A stretch of 25,117 nucleotides of DNA from positions 1-25,117 of the forward strand of contig JBBUEO010000023.1 of assembly GCA_038056915.1 (NCBI GenBank). Reading direction: 5' to 3'. The stretch is from Patescibacteria group bacterium. Lineage in GTDB: Bacteria > Patescibacteriota > UBA1384 > UBA12157 > JAENIV01. Every line of letters begins with the position of its first letter. Positions within the stretch are counted from its first letter, which is position 1. Under the pieces are notes generated by a model. The model did not search any database and had not been told where the DNA came from. It was given only the letters and a program-made list of their open reading frames with translations. Shown here piece by piece: positions 8,358 through 16,897 of the stretch. The translations under genes and the position numbers were made by a program.

Positions 8358-9407
8358 ATGAGAGTTTTACATTTGCCAATTGTTATTTGCAACCAGCCCT
8401 GGGAAATTTCCCGGGCTTTAAGAAGAATTGGTGTTGAGGCAGATTATATGATCCTTGACGATAATGATGCTGGTTGGGTTATGCCGGGTCGGGCCGATTA
8501 TAATCTTAATGTCTATCATCGTTCTGGCAAAGATTATCCTTATAAAATATTATTTGACAAGCAGAGTTTTTTTCTTAAAGCACTTTTTAAATATGATGTT
8601 TTTCATTATCATTCAAATTATCCGATTTTCGATAACTTTTATGATTTGAAAATCTTAAAAAAATTGGGTAAAAAGATTGTCGTTTCTTATTGGGGTTGCG
8701 ATATCCGTTTAAGAAGTATCAATTCAAAATATCAATACAGCAGTTGCGATTTTTGTATTGTTTCCTGTCGAGAAAAAGAAAAAAACCGGCGCAAAAATAT
8801 TTTTGCCCGATATGCAAATTTAAAAATTGCTCACGGTCCGGAATTGTTGGAATACGCTCCACCAAAAAGTATGTTACTGCCCCTTTTCATTGATACTAAT
8901 TTTTGGCAGGCCTCATCGAATTTTCCCAAGAAAAAACAAGAAACTTTTAAGATTTTTCACTCTTTTGGAAATATGAAAGATCGTGGTGATATTAGGAGCA
9001 CAAAAGAGATCAGAAAAGCAGTTTCCCAGCTTAAAAAAGAAGGCAAAAAAATTGATTTTGTCTTTTATGATAAAGTGCCTAACCGCGAGTTAAAAAAATT
9101 TTACGAGCAAGTAGATATCGTTGTCACCCAGCTTAACTATGGCACCTATGGGTTAACTGCCCTCGAGGGTATGGCCTTGGAAAAACCAGTCATCGCCTAC
9201 ATCAGAGAAAAATACAAAAAATATTTCCCGGATTTGCCTATTATTGATGCAAATCCTGATAATATTTTAAAAGTTTTAAGAAGGGTGATTGAAGATAAAA
9301 ACAAATTAGCAGAAATTGGCAAAAAAAGTCGCCAGTTTGTTTGTCAATATCATGATTCAGAAATTTTAGCCAAAAAACTTTATCAAATGTACAAATCTTT
9401 GTATTAA
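8358..9407 (+). CDS. GT-B (GT4-like) glycosyltransferase
   Basis: C-terminal DIVVTQLNYGTYGLTALEGMALEKPVI donor-binding motif (the first Glu of E-x7-E is replaced); similar to the protein at 23891-25117. Confidence 0.8.
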   Translation: MRVLHLPIVICNQPWEISRALRRIGVEADYMILDDNDAGWVMPGRADYNLNVYHRSGKDYPYKILFDKQSFFLKALFKYDVFHYHSNYPIFDNFYDLKILKKLGKKIVVSYWGCDIRLRSINSKYQYSSCDFCIVSCREKEKNRRKNIFARYANLKIAHGPELLEYAPPKSMLLPLFIDTNFWQASSNFPKKKQETFKIFHSFGNMKDRGDIRSTKEIRKAVSQLKKEGKKIDFVFYDKVPNRELKKFYEQVDIVVTQLNYGTYGLTALEGMALEKPVIAYIREKYKKYFPDLPIIDANPDNILKVLRRVIEDKNKLAEIGKKSRQFVCQYHDSEILAKKLYQMYKSLY

Positions 9408-9415
9408 TATTTACC

Positions 9416-10870
9416 ATGAAAAAAAGTAAAGTTTGTATTTTAGTCAGCAATAATTTAAAAGCCGATCCCCGGGTTAGCCGCCAGCTGGAGACTATTCGTC
9501 AGCAAGATTTTCAAACCCTGGTTTTAGCTTGGGAAATTGCTCCCCAAAGTTATTTACCCCTGACAATTACTGATCAAGGTGATCAAAAAATTTATCAAGG
9601 GAGATTTACTATGGGATCATCAATTTACATTTTTAAAAATCTTAATCTCTGTTTGGCGATTTTCAATCTTCCTTTTCTTATTAAAGGGATAGCTTGGCTA
9701 TTGTTTATTTATCTACTTTATCCAATGAAACAAAAAGTAGTCAATTATCTTTATCCAATTAAACAAAAGTTGGTTAATTATCTTTATCCAATTAAACAAA
9801 AGGTGGTTGGCGAGAAGCAGTTCTTGAATCAAATTCAAAATCTGCCCCTTAATTCATCAAAAAAAAATATTAAGAATCACCGGACTTCTAAGCCCGGGAC
9901 TTTTCTTGACAATCTCGGTGGCAAACTCGCCGAATATAAATATTTATCCTTATATTATTGGAAAATCTTTAATTTTATGACTATTTATGGAACTAAATTT
10001 AAGCCCAAAATAGTATATGCCAATGATTTAGATACTTTATTGGCCGGTTACTGTATTAAGAAAAAAACCGGAGCAAAACTCGTTTATGATGCTCATGAAA
10101 TTTGGACAGAACAAGGTTTAGAAATACCAAAACCGTTTATTCTTTTTTTTAAAATGATAGAACAAATCCTCATCAAAAGAATTGATGCCTTTGTCACTGT
10201 CAATCAATCAATTATTAAGGAAATTAGCCGCCGCTATCATTATCAATTTAAAGTCCCGGCTGTGGTTATATACAATTGTCCTCTGTATCAAAAAAGCCGC
10301 TTTCGTCCATCTCAAAAAAAAATTAAGATTCTCTATCAAGGCCGCTATTCCCCTTATCGAGGTCTTGAGCAAACAATTGAATCTTTCCGTTGGCTTGACA
10401 AAAAATATAATTTCTATTTGCGGGGAGTTGGTGATGAGATGACCAGGATAAGACTTCAAAAATTAGTCCAAAAATTTCACCTCTCTTCAAGGGTCAAATT
10501 TCTGCCTCCAGTAGCACCTGATCAGTTGGTCAAAGAGGCCCGCTTTGCCGATATCGGTGTCGTCAGTTATCTTCCAGTCAATATTAATAATCGACTTTGT
10601 ACTCCCAATAAAATCTTTGAATATATGATGGCTGGTTTGGTTTTGGCTTGTTCGGATTTGCCAGAGCTACGAAAGATTGTCAAAAAATACCAAAATGGTG
10701 TTCTCTTTAATCCCGATAATCCTCAAAGCATTGCCCAGGCTCTAAATCTATTAGCTAAAGATCCTCGAAGGTTAAATCAAATGAAAAAAAATTCTCTCTT
10801 AGCTGCCCAAAAAATCAATTGGCAAAATGAGCAAAAAAAATTAATTAAACTTTATCAAAATTTACGATGA
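9416..10870 (+). CDS. GT4 glycosyltransferase with long N-domain insertion
   Basis: DPRV, ANDLDTL, VYDAHE, YQGR and PNKIFEYMMAG motifs; hydrophobic stretch followed by an 11-aa tandem repeat in the N-terminal domain. Confidence 0.9.
   Translation: MKKSKVCILVSNNLKADPRVSRQLETIRQQDFQTLVLAWEIAPQSYLPLTITDQGDQKIYQGRFTMGSSIYIFKNLNLCLAIFNLPFLIKGIAWLLFIYLLYPMKQKVVNYLYPIKQKLVNYLYPIKQKVVGEKQFLNQIQNLPLNSSKKNIKNHRTSKPGTFLDNLGGKLAEYKYLSLYYWKIFNFMTIYGTKFKPKIVYANDLDTLLAGYCIKKKTGAKLVYDAHEIWTEQGLEIPKPFILFFKMIEQILIKRIDAFVTVNQSIIKEISRRYHYQFKVPAVVIYNCPLYQKSRFRPSQKKIKILYQGRYSPYRGLEQTIESFRWLDKKYNFYLRGVGDEMTRIRLQKLVQKFHLSSRVKFLPPVAPDQLVKEARFADIGVVSYLPVNINNRLCTPNKIFEYMMAGLVLACSDLPELRKIVKKYQNGVLFNPDNPQSIAQALNLLAKDPRRLNQMKKNSLLAAQKINWQNEQKKLIKLYQNLR
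9716..9808 (+). repeat. In-frame 33-bp tandem repeat, about 2.8 copies (LYPMKQKVVNY / LYPIKQKLVNY / LYPIKQKVV)
   Basis: Units at 9716-9748, 9749-9781 and 9782-9808 (partial), each beginning ctttatccaat(g/t)aaacaaaa. Confidence 0.95.
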
Positions 10871-11994
10871 TTAAAGATCGAGACATTATTTGTCTGAGTT
10901 TTTCTGATTGGAGAAGAGAACTTGTTTCCAATCGCTATCATATCCTAACAAGGTATGCTAAAAATAATCGAGTTTTTTTATTTGAAAGACCAATTTATTT
11001 AGGCGATTGGCACCGTTGGCAATTTATTTTTAAACCAGTCCGATTTGAAGAAAATATTTATATGATTGCTCCTCTTGGCATTGGGATTGATAATCGAGTC
11101 TATGACCGTTATCTTTCAGAGGCGATGGCTTATTTTGGGATTCAAAAGCCAATTTTTTGGTTTTATAATTTTTACCTCTCTCGGCTAATTGACTTTTTCC
11201 AACCGACTTTAAGCTGTTATCATTGTACCGAAGATTATTACAATTTAACTTACATCACCAGTCAAAAAGAAAGTATTGAGCCAGCCCGTCAATTGATTAA
11301 ACAGGAAGAGGGAAAACTCTTAAAAAAAGTTGATATAGTCTTTGCCGTTTCCCGATATTTAAAAGAAAAACATCAAAAAATCAATCCCCAATGCTATCTA
11401 ACAGAAAATGCTGTTAATTACCAATCCTATCAGCGAGCCCAAAAAAAATCTCATAAAATCTTTGGTCAGAGACTAGTCTTAGGTTATTGCGGCAATCTTT
11501 CATCAAAAGTCAATTTTCAACTTCTTTATCAGTTGGCGAAAGATTTGTCTGAATGTTATTTAGTTCTGGCCGGTCCTATTGTTGTTAAAAATACCCGTCT
11601 TGAGAAACTAAAGAAATTAACTAATGTCAAATTTATGGGTAACCGGCCATTTTCCGATTTACCGTTCTTGATTGGCGAATTCGATGTTTGTCTGATTCCT
11701 TACATTCAAGATCAATGGTTTGTCAGAACCGCTCAACCCTTGAAGCTTTTTGAGTATTTAGCCAGCGGTAAACCGATTGTTTCAACCAGAATGGATTGTT
11801 TAAAAAAACTTCAAGATGTTGTCTATCAATCTAATAGTGAGGCGGAATTCATCGCCAAGACAAAGATCGCCCTCAAAGAAAAAAATCCCGAATTAAGAAA
11901 AAAGAGAATCTTGCTCGCCAAGAATAATACCTGGGATCAGCGCTTCGCATTTATTAATCAGAAAATGGAAGATTTTATAAATAATAATGAGTAA
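10867..11994 (+). CDS. GT-B (GT4-like) glycosyltransferase
   Basis: YHCTEDY, ENAVNY, GYCGNL, FDVCLIPY and PLKLFEYLASGKPIVST motifs. Confidence 0.9.
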   Translation: MIKDRDIICLSFSDWRRELVSNRYHILTRYAKNNRVFLFERPIYLGDWHRWQFIFKPVRFEENIYMIAPLGIGIDNRVYDRYLSEAMAYFGIQKPIFWFYNFYLSRLIDFFQPTLSCYHCTEDYYNLTYITSQKESIEPARQLIKQEEGKLLKKVDIVFAVSRYLKEKHQKINPQCYLTENAVNYQSYQRAQKKSHKIFGQRLVLGYCGNLSSKVNFQLLYQLAKDLSECYLVLAGPIVVKNTRLEKLKKLTNVKFMGNRPFSDLPFLIGEFDVCLIPYIQDQWFVRTAQPLKLFEYLASGKPIVSTRMDCLKKLQDVVYQSNSEAEFIAKTKIALKEKNPELRKKRILLAKNNTWDQRFAFINQKMEDFINNNE

Positions 11995-14527
11995 ATTTTC
12001 TTTGATTTATTATAATAGCCATAATAGCCAAATTTTTTCTGATGAGAAAAAAAGAGTAATCAAGGAAGCCCAAAAGATTTTAAATCACAATTTTAAAATA
12101 CTCTCAAAAAATATCCACTTTGGCAAGAAAATTAATTGGCACAGCAATTTTGCAGGCAAAAATTGGCCGATAGAACCATATGAGAAATTTCGCACCCAAA
12201 ACTACGATTTCGATTCTAAAAAATATCTTGGTGACATTAAACTCCCCTGGGAACTAAATAAACATCTCTACCTGCAGGACTTAGCTAAGGCCTATTTAAA
12301 TACTCGAGATGAAAAATATTCTCGAGAGTTTGTAAGTCAAATTGAGGACTGGCTTCAAGAAAATCCCTATATGGTCGGTGTCAATTGGACAGAAGGCTTA
12401 ATTGCTTCTCATCGAGCGATTTCATGGGTAATTGCTTTAAGTAGCTTTGTTAGTTCGTCGAATATAACCAAGCAATTTTTAAAATCTATCTATTGGTCTT
12501 TATTCCAACATACTCTATTTATTGAAAAAACTTATGAATTTGATTTAAAAGCAAGTAATCATCTTCTGGGAGAACTCTGCGCTCAGATTGTTTTATCAAT
12601 CTTTTTCTCAGAATTTAAAGATTCCCATAAAAGAATGGCCGAGGCGATTAAATATTTAGAAAAGGAACTTAATTTACAGGTCTATAAAGATGGGGTTGAC
12701 TATGAGCAATCAACTAGCTATCAAAGGGTTATTTTAGAATTTTTATATTTACCTTTGATTTTAGCCAAGCGGGAAGAACTTGTTCTGCCAAAGAAAGTTT
12801 GGAAAGTTGCCGAAAAAATGACAGAATTTATGATGCATATGACCCAGCCAAATGGTTCTATACAGCCAATTTCCGATGCAGATGGCGCCCGAGTTTTTAT
12901 TTTGGGAAATGATATTAATGATTTCCGACCCCATTTAAATTTAGCTGCCTGGTTATTTAATCGTGGTGATTTCAAATTTGTTGGACAAAATCATTTCTCT
13001 GAAGTAATTTGGTTTATGAAGCCGGAAGAAATAGAAAAATTACAGAAGATTAAAGCCTTCCCGCCAAAGCAGACCTCGGTTGCCTTCACCGAAGGTGGTT
13101 ATTGGGTCAGTCGTCAAGGTTGGTCTAAAGACTCTTTATGGCTATTTTTTGATTGTGGTCATATTGGGATGGGGCAATGGCTTAAGGATATATCTGTCGG
13201 AGTCCATGGCCACTCAGATACATTAAATTTTGGCTTGAGTCTCGGCCAAGAGACCTTTTTAACTGACAAGGGCTCCTATTGTTATACAACTGAAAAACCT
13301 TTCCATCAGTATTTTCGAAGTTCAAGAGCTCATAATCTTCCGATTGTTGATGGTCAAGATGAAAATTTGATCGATCAGCGTCCCTGGCATATTCGTCAGC
13401 TTGCTGAACCCAAAAATACTTTCTCTTTTTTTAGTCGAGATTATGATTATTTAAAAGGTCAGCATACTGGATATCGAAGATTGGCAAAACCCGTTCTCTG
13501 CCAGCGGGAAATCCTTTTTCTTAAGAAAAAGGATTTTTTGATTTTAAAAGATACTTTTCGTGGTTTGGGGAAACATCAGATTAGCCAATTTTTCCATTTC
13601 TTGCCAGAAATAGAAATCAAGCCAGGAACCGAGTTCATTCAAACGATAAGTAAAAATCAAACATTGGTTATTCAGCCTCTTTTTGAAAATGATATTGAAA
13701 TTATCAAGGGTCAAACTCATCCTCCTGAAGGTTGGTATGCTCCTAATTTTGGTAAGAAGTTGCCTGCGCCAGTAGTCAAAATAAATTTTAAAATTGAAGC
13801 CCCCCAATCTTGTTATTATTTAATTTCTCGGGGTAAACAAGAGATAAATAAAGAAAAAATCATTAAAATTTTTGAAGAAATAACGAATAAGGTTAAAAGA
13901 CCAAAAATAGTCATGGTTGATAGACAAGAGGAGTCAGCGAAAAAAATTCAAAAGAAAGCTCAGAAGCTTTCTCAAGATGGTTTTCAGGTAGCCTATCTTA
14001 AAATTAGTGATTATATTGATCAATCATTTTCAATAAAAAAAATTTACCGCCTAATTAAAGCAAGGAATAAAAGTCAAATTACTAATCTTTATTTCAATCT
14101 TTATGCTAAGAATCGAATCTTAGCTCATCTTTTAAATATCATAGGCAAATTGAAAAAAATTATTTCAAGAAGCCCCAATCCTCCTCGGAATATCTCGACA
14201 GAAAAAGATTGGCAAAGACCAGCCCTCCCTGTGATTGATAAGAATTGGAATTTAATTAATTATTATTTCTTTAATCAGCAAATTTTAAGAGAACTTAAGT
14301 CATTTGAACCAGACCTTATCCTTCTTTTTGGATATGAGGCTTTGTTGGCCAGCTGTTTGACTCAAAACTATTGTCAAGCTAAAATTATTATTGCCCCTGG
14401 TAATCATTTGTTTAAGTTTAAGAAATCGTTTTTTTTAAAAAATTATCTTAAAATTTTATTAAAACAAGTTGATATTCATTTGAAAAAAAATGACGACTTA
14501 AAAAAATTTTATCAAAAATATCCATAA
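11987..14527 (+). CDS. Heparinase II/III-like (alginate-lyase-fold) protein with about 210 aa extra C-terminal domain
   Basis: WELNKH, NHLLGE, DGVDYEQSTSYQ, DADG, HGHSDTLNF and YFRSSRAHN motifs are typical of the heparinase II/III-like proteins found in polysaccharide loci. Confidence 0.88.
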   Translation: MSKFSLIYYNSHNSQIFSDEKKRVIKEAQKILNHNFKILSKNIHFGKKINWHSNFAGKNWPIEPYEKFRTQNYDFDSKKYLGDIKLPWELNKHLYLQDLAKAYLNTRDEKYSREFVSQIEDWLQENPYMVGVNWTEGLIASHRAISWVIALSSFVSSSNITKQFLKSIYWSLFQHTLFIEKTYEFDLKASNHLLGELCAQIVLSIFFSEFKDSHKRMAEAIKYLEKELNLQVYKDGVDYEQSTSYQRVILEFLYLPLILAKREELVLPKKVWKVAEKMTEFMMHMTQPNGSIQPISDADGARVFILGNDINDFRPHLNLAAWLFNRGDFKFVGQNHFSEVIWFMKPEEIEKLQKIKAFPPKQTSVAFTEGGYWVSRQGWSKDSLWLFFDCGHIGMGQWLKDISVGVHGHSDTLNFGLSLGQETFLTDKGSYCYTTEKPFHQYFRSSRAHNLPIVDGQDENLIDQRPWHIRQLAEPKNTFSFFSRDYDYLKGQHTGYRRLAKPVLCQREILFLKKKDFLILKDTFRGLGKHQISQFFHFLPEIEIKPGTEFIQTISKNQTLVIQPLFENDIEIIKGQTHPPEGWYAPNFGKKLPAPVVKINFKIEAPQSCYYLISRGKQEINKEKIIKIFEEITNKVKRPKIVMVDRQEESAKKIQKKAQKLSQDGFQVAYLKISDYIDQSFSIKKIYRLIKARNKSQITNLYFNLYAKNRILAHLLNIIGKLKKIISRSPNPPRNISTEKDWQRPALPVIDKNWNLINYYFFNQQILRELKSFEPDLILLFGYEALLASCLTQNYCQAKIIIAPGNHLFKFKKSFFLKNYLKILLKQVDIHLKKNDDLKKFYQKYP

Positions 14528-14537
14528 AAGAATTCTA

Positions 14538-15674
14538 ATGAGTAAATTTCAGGTTCTAAATAAAATTCATCAAGCATCAAGTTTAACTATAAAGAAGGCT
14601 AAAAATAATGTATTTGCCTACACCGGCAAAGCAGATTGGCCCTCAACTATTTATCTTTCCATCAATAGCATTTGTAATTCCCGCTGTAAGATGTGTGATG
14701 TCGGTCAGGGAATCCGTTCATCTCAATTTTTTCGCAACCTAAGAATCAATGGCGATAACCCTGTCGAACTTAAGCTTTCGCGTTTAAAAAAATTGGTTGA
14801 CGAGGTCAAATTTTTTAAGCCGCTTATTTCGGTGATTTCAACCGAACCATTGCTTTATAAAGATCTTTTCAAATTTGCTCGCTATTCTCGGAAAAATGGT
14901 TTAGAATTTTCAATTACCACCAATGGTATCCTTTTAGAAAAATTTGCTAATGATTTTGTCAATAACGATGTCAATTTTCTTTGGGTTTCCATTGACGGAC
15001 CACCAAAAATCCATAATTTTATTCGGGGAATCCCCGGAATTTATCAAAAAGCTACCACTGGCGTTCAAAAAATCCAAAAATTAAAGCAAAAACTCAATAA
15101 AGCCAATCCAAAAATTGGCATTAACTTTACCATCTCAAACTATAACTACAGTAAGATTGTTGAATTTATGGATGCAATAATGCCGCTTAAGCCCGACACA
15201 ATCTCAATTTCCCATTACAATTACGTTACTTTAGAAATGGCGGCTGAGCATAATCAAAAATATGGCCATATTTGTCGGGCAACGCCCTCATGCGTCTCGG
15301 CAGTCGATTTAAAAAAAATCCAGCCAAAAATCCTTCTAAAACAGCTTCAGGAAGCAAAGATTAAATATGCCCAGAAAGTCAATCTGGGGTTTGCTCCAGA
15401 TTTAACAACTCAAAAACAAATTTTTGATTTTTATAACAATTCTCACGTAATTGTCGCTAAAAAAGCCTGCCGGGCGCCTTGGGAAATCGCCCAGATTTTA
15501 GCTAATGGCGATTTCACCATCTCCACCCGCTGTTTTAATATGAGCTTGGGTAATATTAACAGGCAGACATTTAAAGAAGCCTGGAATTCTCAAGAATTTA
15601 GAGAATTTCGCCGAATAATCAATCAGCATAAAATGTTTGTTCCGGCTTGCACCCGCTGTTGTGCGGTCTTATAA
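14538..15674 (+). CDS. Radical SAM enzyme with C-terminal SPASM/twitch-type domain
   Basis: CNSRCKMC (CX3CX2C), EPLL, TTNG, VSIDG and HNFIRG motifs; C-terminal CRAPW...C...GN...WNS...CTRCC. Confidence 0.92.
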   Translation: MSKFQVLNKIHQASSLTIKKAKNNVFAYTGKADWPSTIYLSINSICNSRCKMCDVGQGIRSSQFFRNLRINGDNPVELKLSRLKKLVDEVKFFKPLISVISTEPLLYKDLFKFARYSRKNGLEFSITTNGILLEKFANDFVNNDVNFLWVSIDGPPKIHNFIRGIPGIYQKATTGVQKIQKLKQKLNKANPKIGINFTISNYNYSKIVEFMDAIMPLKPDTISISHYNYVTLEMAAEHNQKYGHICRATPSCVSAVDLKKIQPKILLKQLQEAKIKYAQKVNLGFAPDLTTQKQIFDFYNNSHVIVAKKACRAPWEIAQILANGDFTISTRCFNMSLGNINRQTFKEAWNSQEFREFRRIINQHKMFVPACTRCCAVL

Positions 15675-16891
15675 TGCGATATACGAATATTTTTTTTATT
15701 CCTTCTTGGTACCCGTCGAAATTCAAGCCAGCCGCCGGTTATTTTATCAAAGAACAGGCCATTGCTTTAGGCAAATACTGTCCCTCTTGCCGGCTGGCAA
15801 TCAGTCTTTGGGGCGATCAGGATACCAAGATTAGTTTTGAAAAGCCAAAAGAGGTTTTCCCTCATTGGCTTAATTTTTTATTAGCCAAACCCTATCAAAA
15901 AAAATTATCCCTTAATGTTTGGGAGATTTGCCAGCCAGCCCTAGAATGGAGTCCAAGAATTTTCAAGGGAAATATTAAAGCAATCATTCGAGTAAACCGG
16001 CAAAATTTTTTTCAAGCTCAAAAAAAAATTGGCAAAATCAATCTAATCCATGCCCATATTAGTTTTCCTGCCGGCTACGTGGCAATGAAATTAGCTCAAG
16101 ACTATCAGATTCCTTATATAATTACCGAACATTATGGGCCTTTTCCCCAGGCGCCCTTTGATCAAACAAAGTATTTTAATTTGATTAAAGAACCGCTTAA
16201 AAATGCTAATAATATCATTGTTGTCAGTCCGGTTTTAAAAAAAACCATCTCAAAATTAAATGTTAAAAAAATTGCTGTTATTGGCAATCAAGTAGATGAA
16301 GATTTTTTTGTCCTTAGGAAAAATCCAAAAACTGAATTTTTTAGATATTTTACCGCTGCTGATATTACCCCAACTAAAGGGATTGCTGATCTAATCGAGG
16401 CAATTAGAATTGTAGTCAACCATAATCGACAACTTGAATTTCGCATTGCCGGAGAAGGAAAATTTCTGGGATATTATCAAAAGATTACTTACGATCTTCA
16501 AAAAAATGGACATTTAAAATGGTTGGGATTTTTGTCAAGAGATGAACTTCGGCGTCAATTACAAAACAGCCAGGTTTTTATTTCGCCTTCGCATCATGAA
16601 TCTTTTGGCTTGGCAATTGTTGAGGCTTTGTTTTGCGGCCGGCCAGTAATCGCCACCCGTTCTGGTGGACCAGAAAGTTATTTAAACACTCGTAATAGCA
16701 TTTTAATTGACATTGGTAATATCAAGCAATTAGCCAGAGCAATATTATCAATAAAAAATCATTATCAAGATTATCATTCCTCTTTAATCAGAAAAGAGGC
16801 TGTTACTAAATTTAGTTCGAAAATAGTTGCTAAACAAGTTTTGAGTTTATATTATCAGACTATTAAAGGATCTTTAAAGCGGGAGAATTAA
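15674..16891 (+). CDS. GT4 glycosyltransferase
   Basis: IPSWYP, IHAH, ITEH and PSHHESFGLAIVEALFCGRPVIAT motifs. Start moved from 15647 to ATG 15674, which forms a TAATG overlap (405 aa). Confidence 0.92.
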   Translation: MRYTNIFFIPSWYPSKFKPAAGYFIKEQAIALGKYCPSCRLAISLWGDQDTKISFEKPKEVFPHWLNFLLAKPYQKKLSLNVWEICQPALEWSPRIFKGNIKAIIRVNRQNFFQAQKKIGKINLIHAHISFPAGYVAMKLAQDYQIPYIITEHYGPFPQAPFDQTKYFNLIKEPLKNANNIIVVSPVLKKTISKLNVKKIAVIGNQVDEDFFVLRKNPKTEFFRYFTAADITPTKGIADLIEAIRIVVNHNRQLEFRIAGEGKFLGYYQKITYDLQKNGHLKWLGFLSRDELRRQLQNSQVFISPSHHESFGLAIVEALFCGRPVIATRSGGPESYLNTRNSILIDIGNIKQLARAILSIKNHYQDYHSSLIRKEAVTKFSSKIVAKQVLSLYYQTIKGSLKREN

Positions 16892-16897
16892 TTTAAT

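Noticed and set aside
15021-15040. Hairpin ATTCGGGGAATCCCCGGAAT in the radical SAM gene
   Set aside because: It encodes the expected IRGIPGI segment of the radical SAM core with no length anomaly, so it is probably coincidental.
6684-16028. Other A8-A9/T8-T9 homopolymers (e.g. 6684-6692, 9859-9867, 10143-10150, 16020-16028) as phase-variation tracts
   Set aside because: The reading frames are intact and such runs are expected in Lys/Phe-rich, AT-rich genes.
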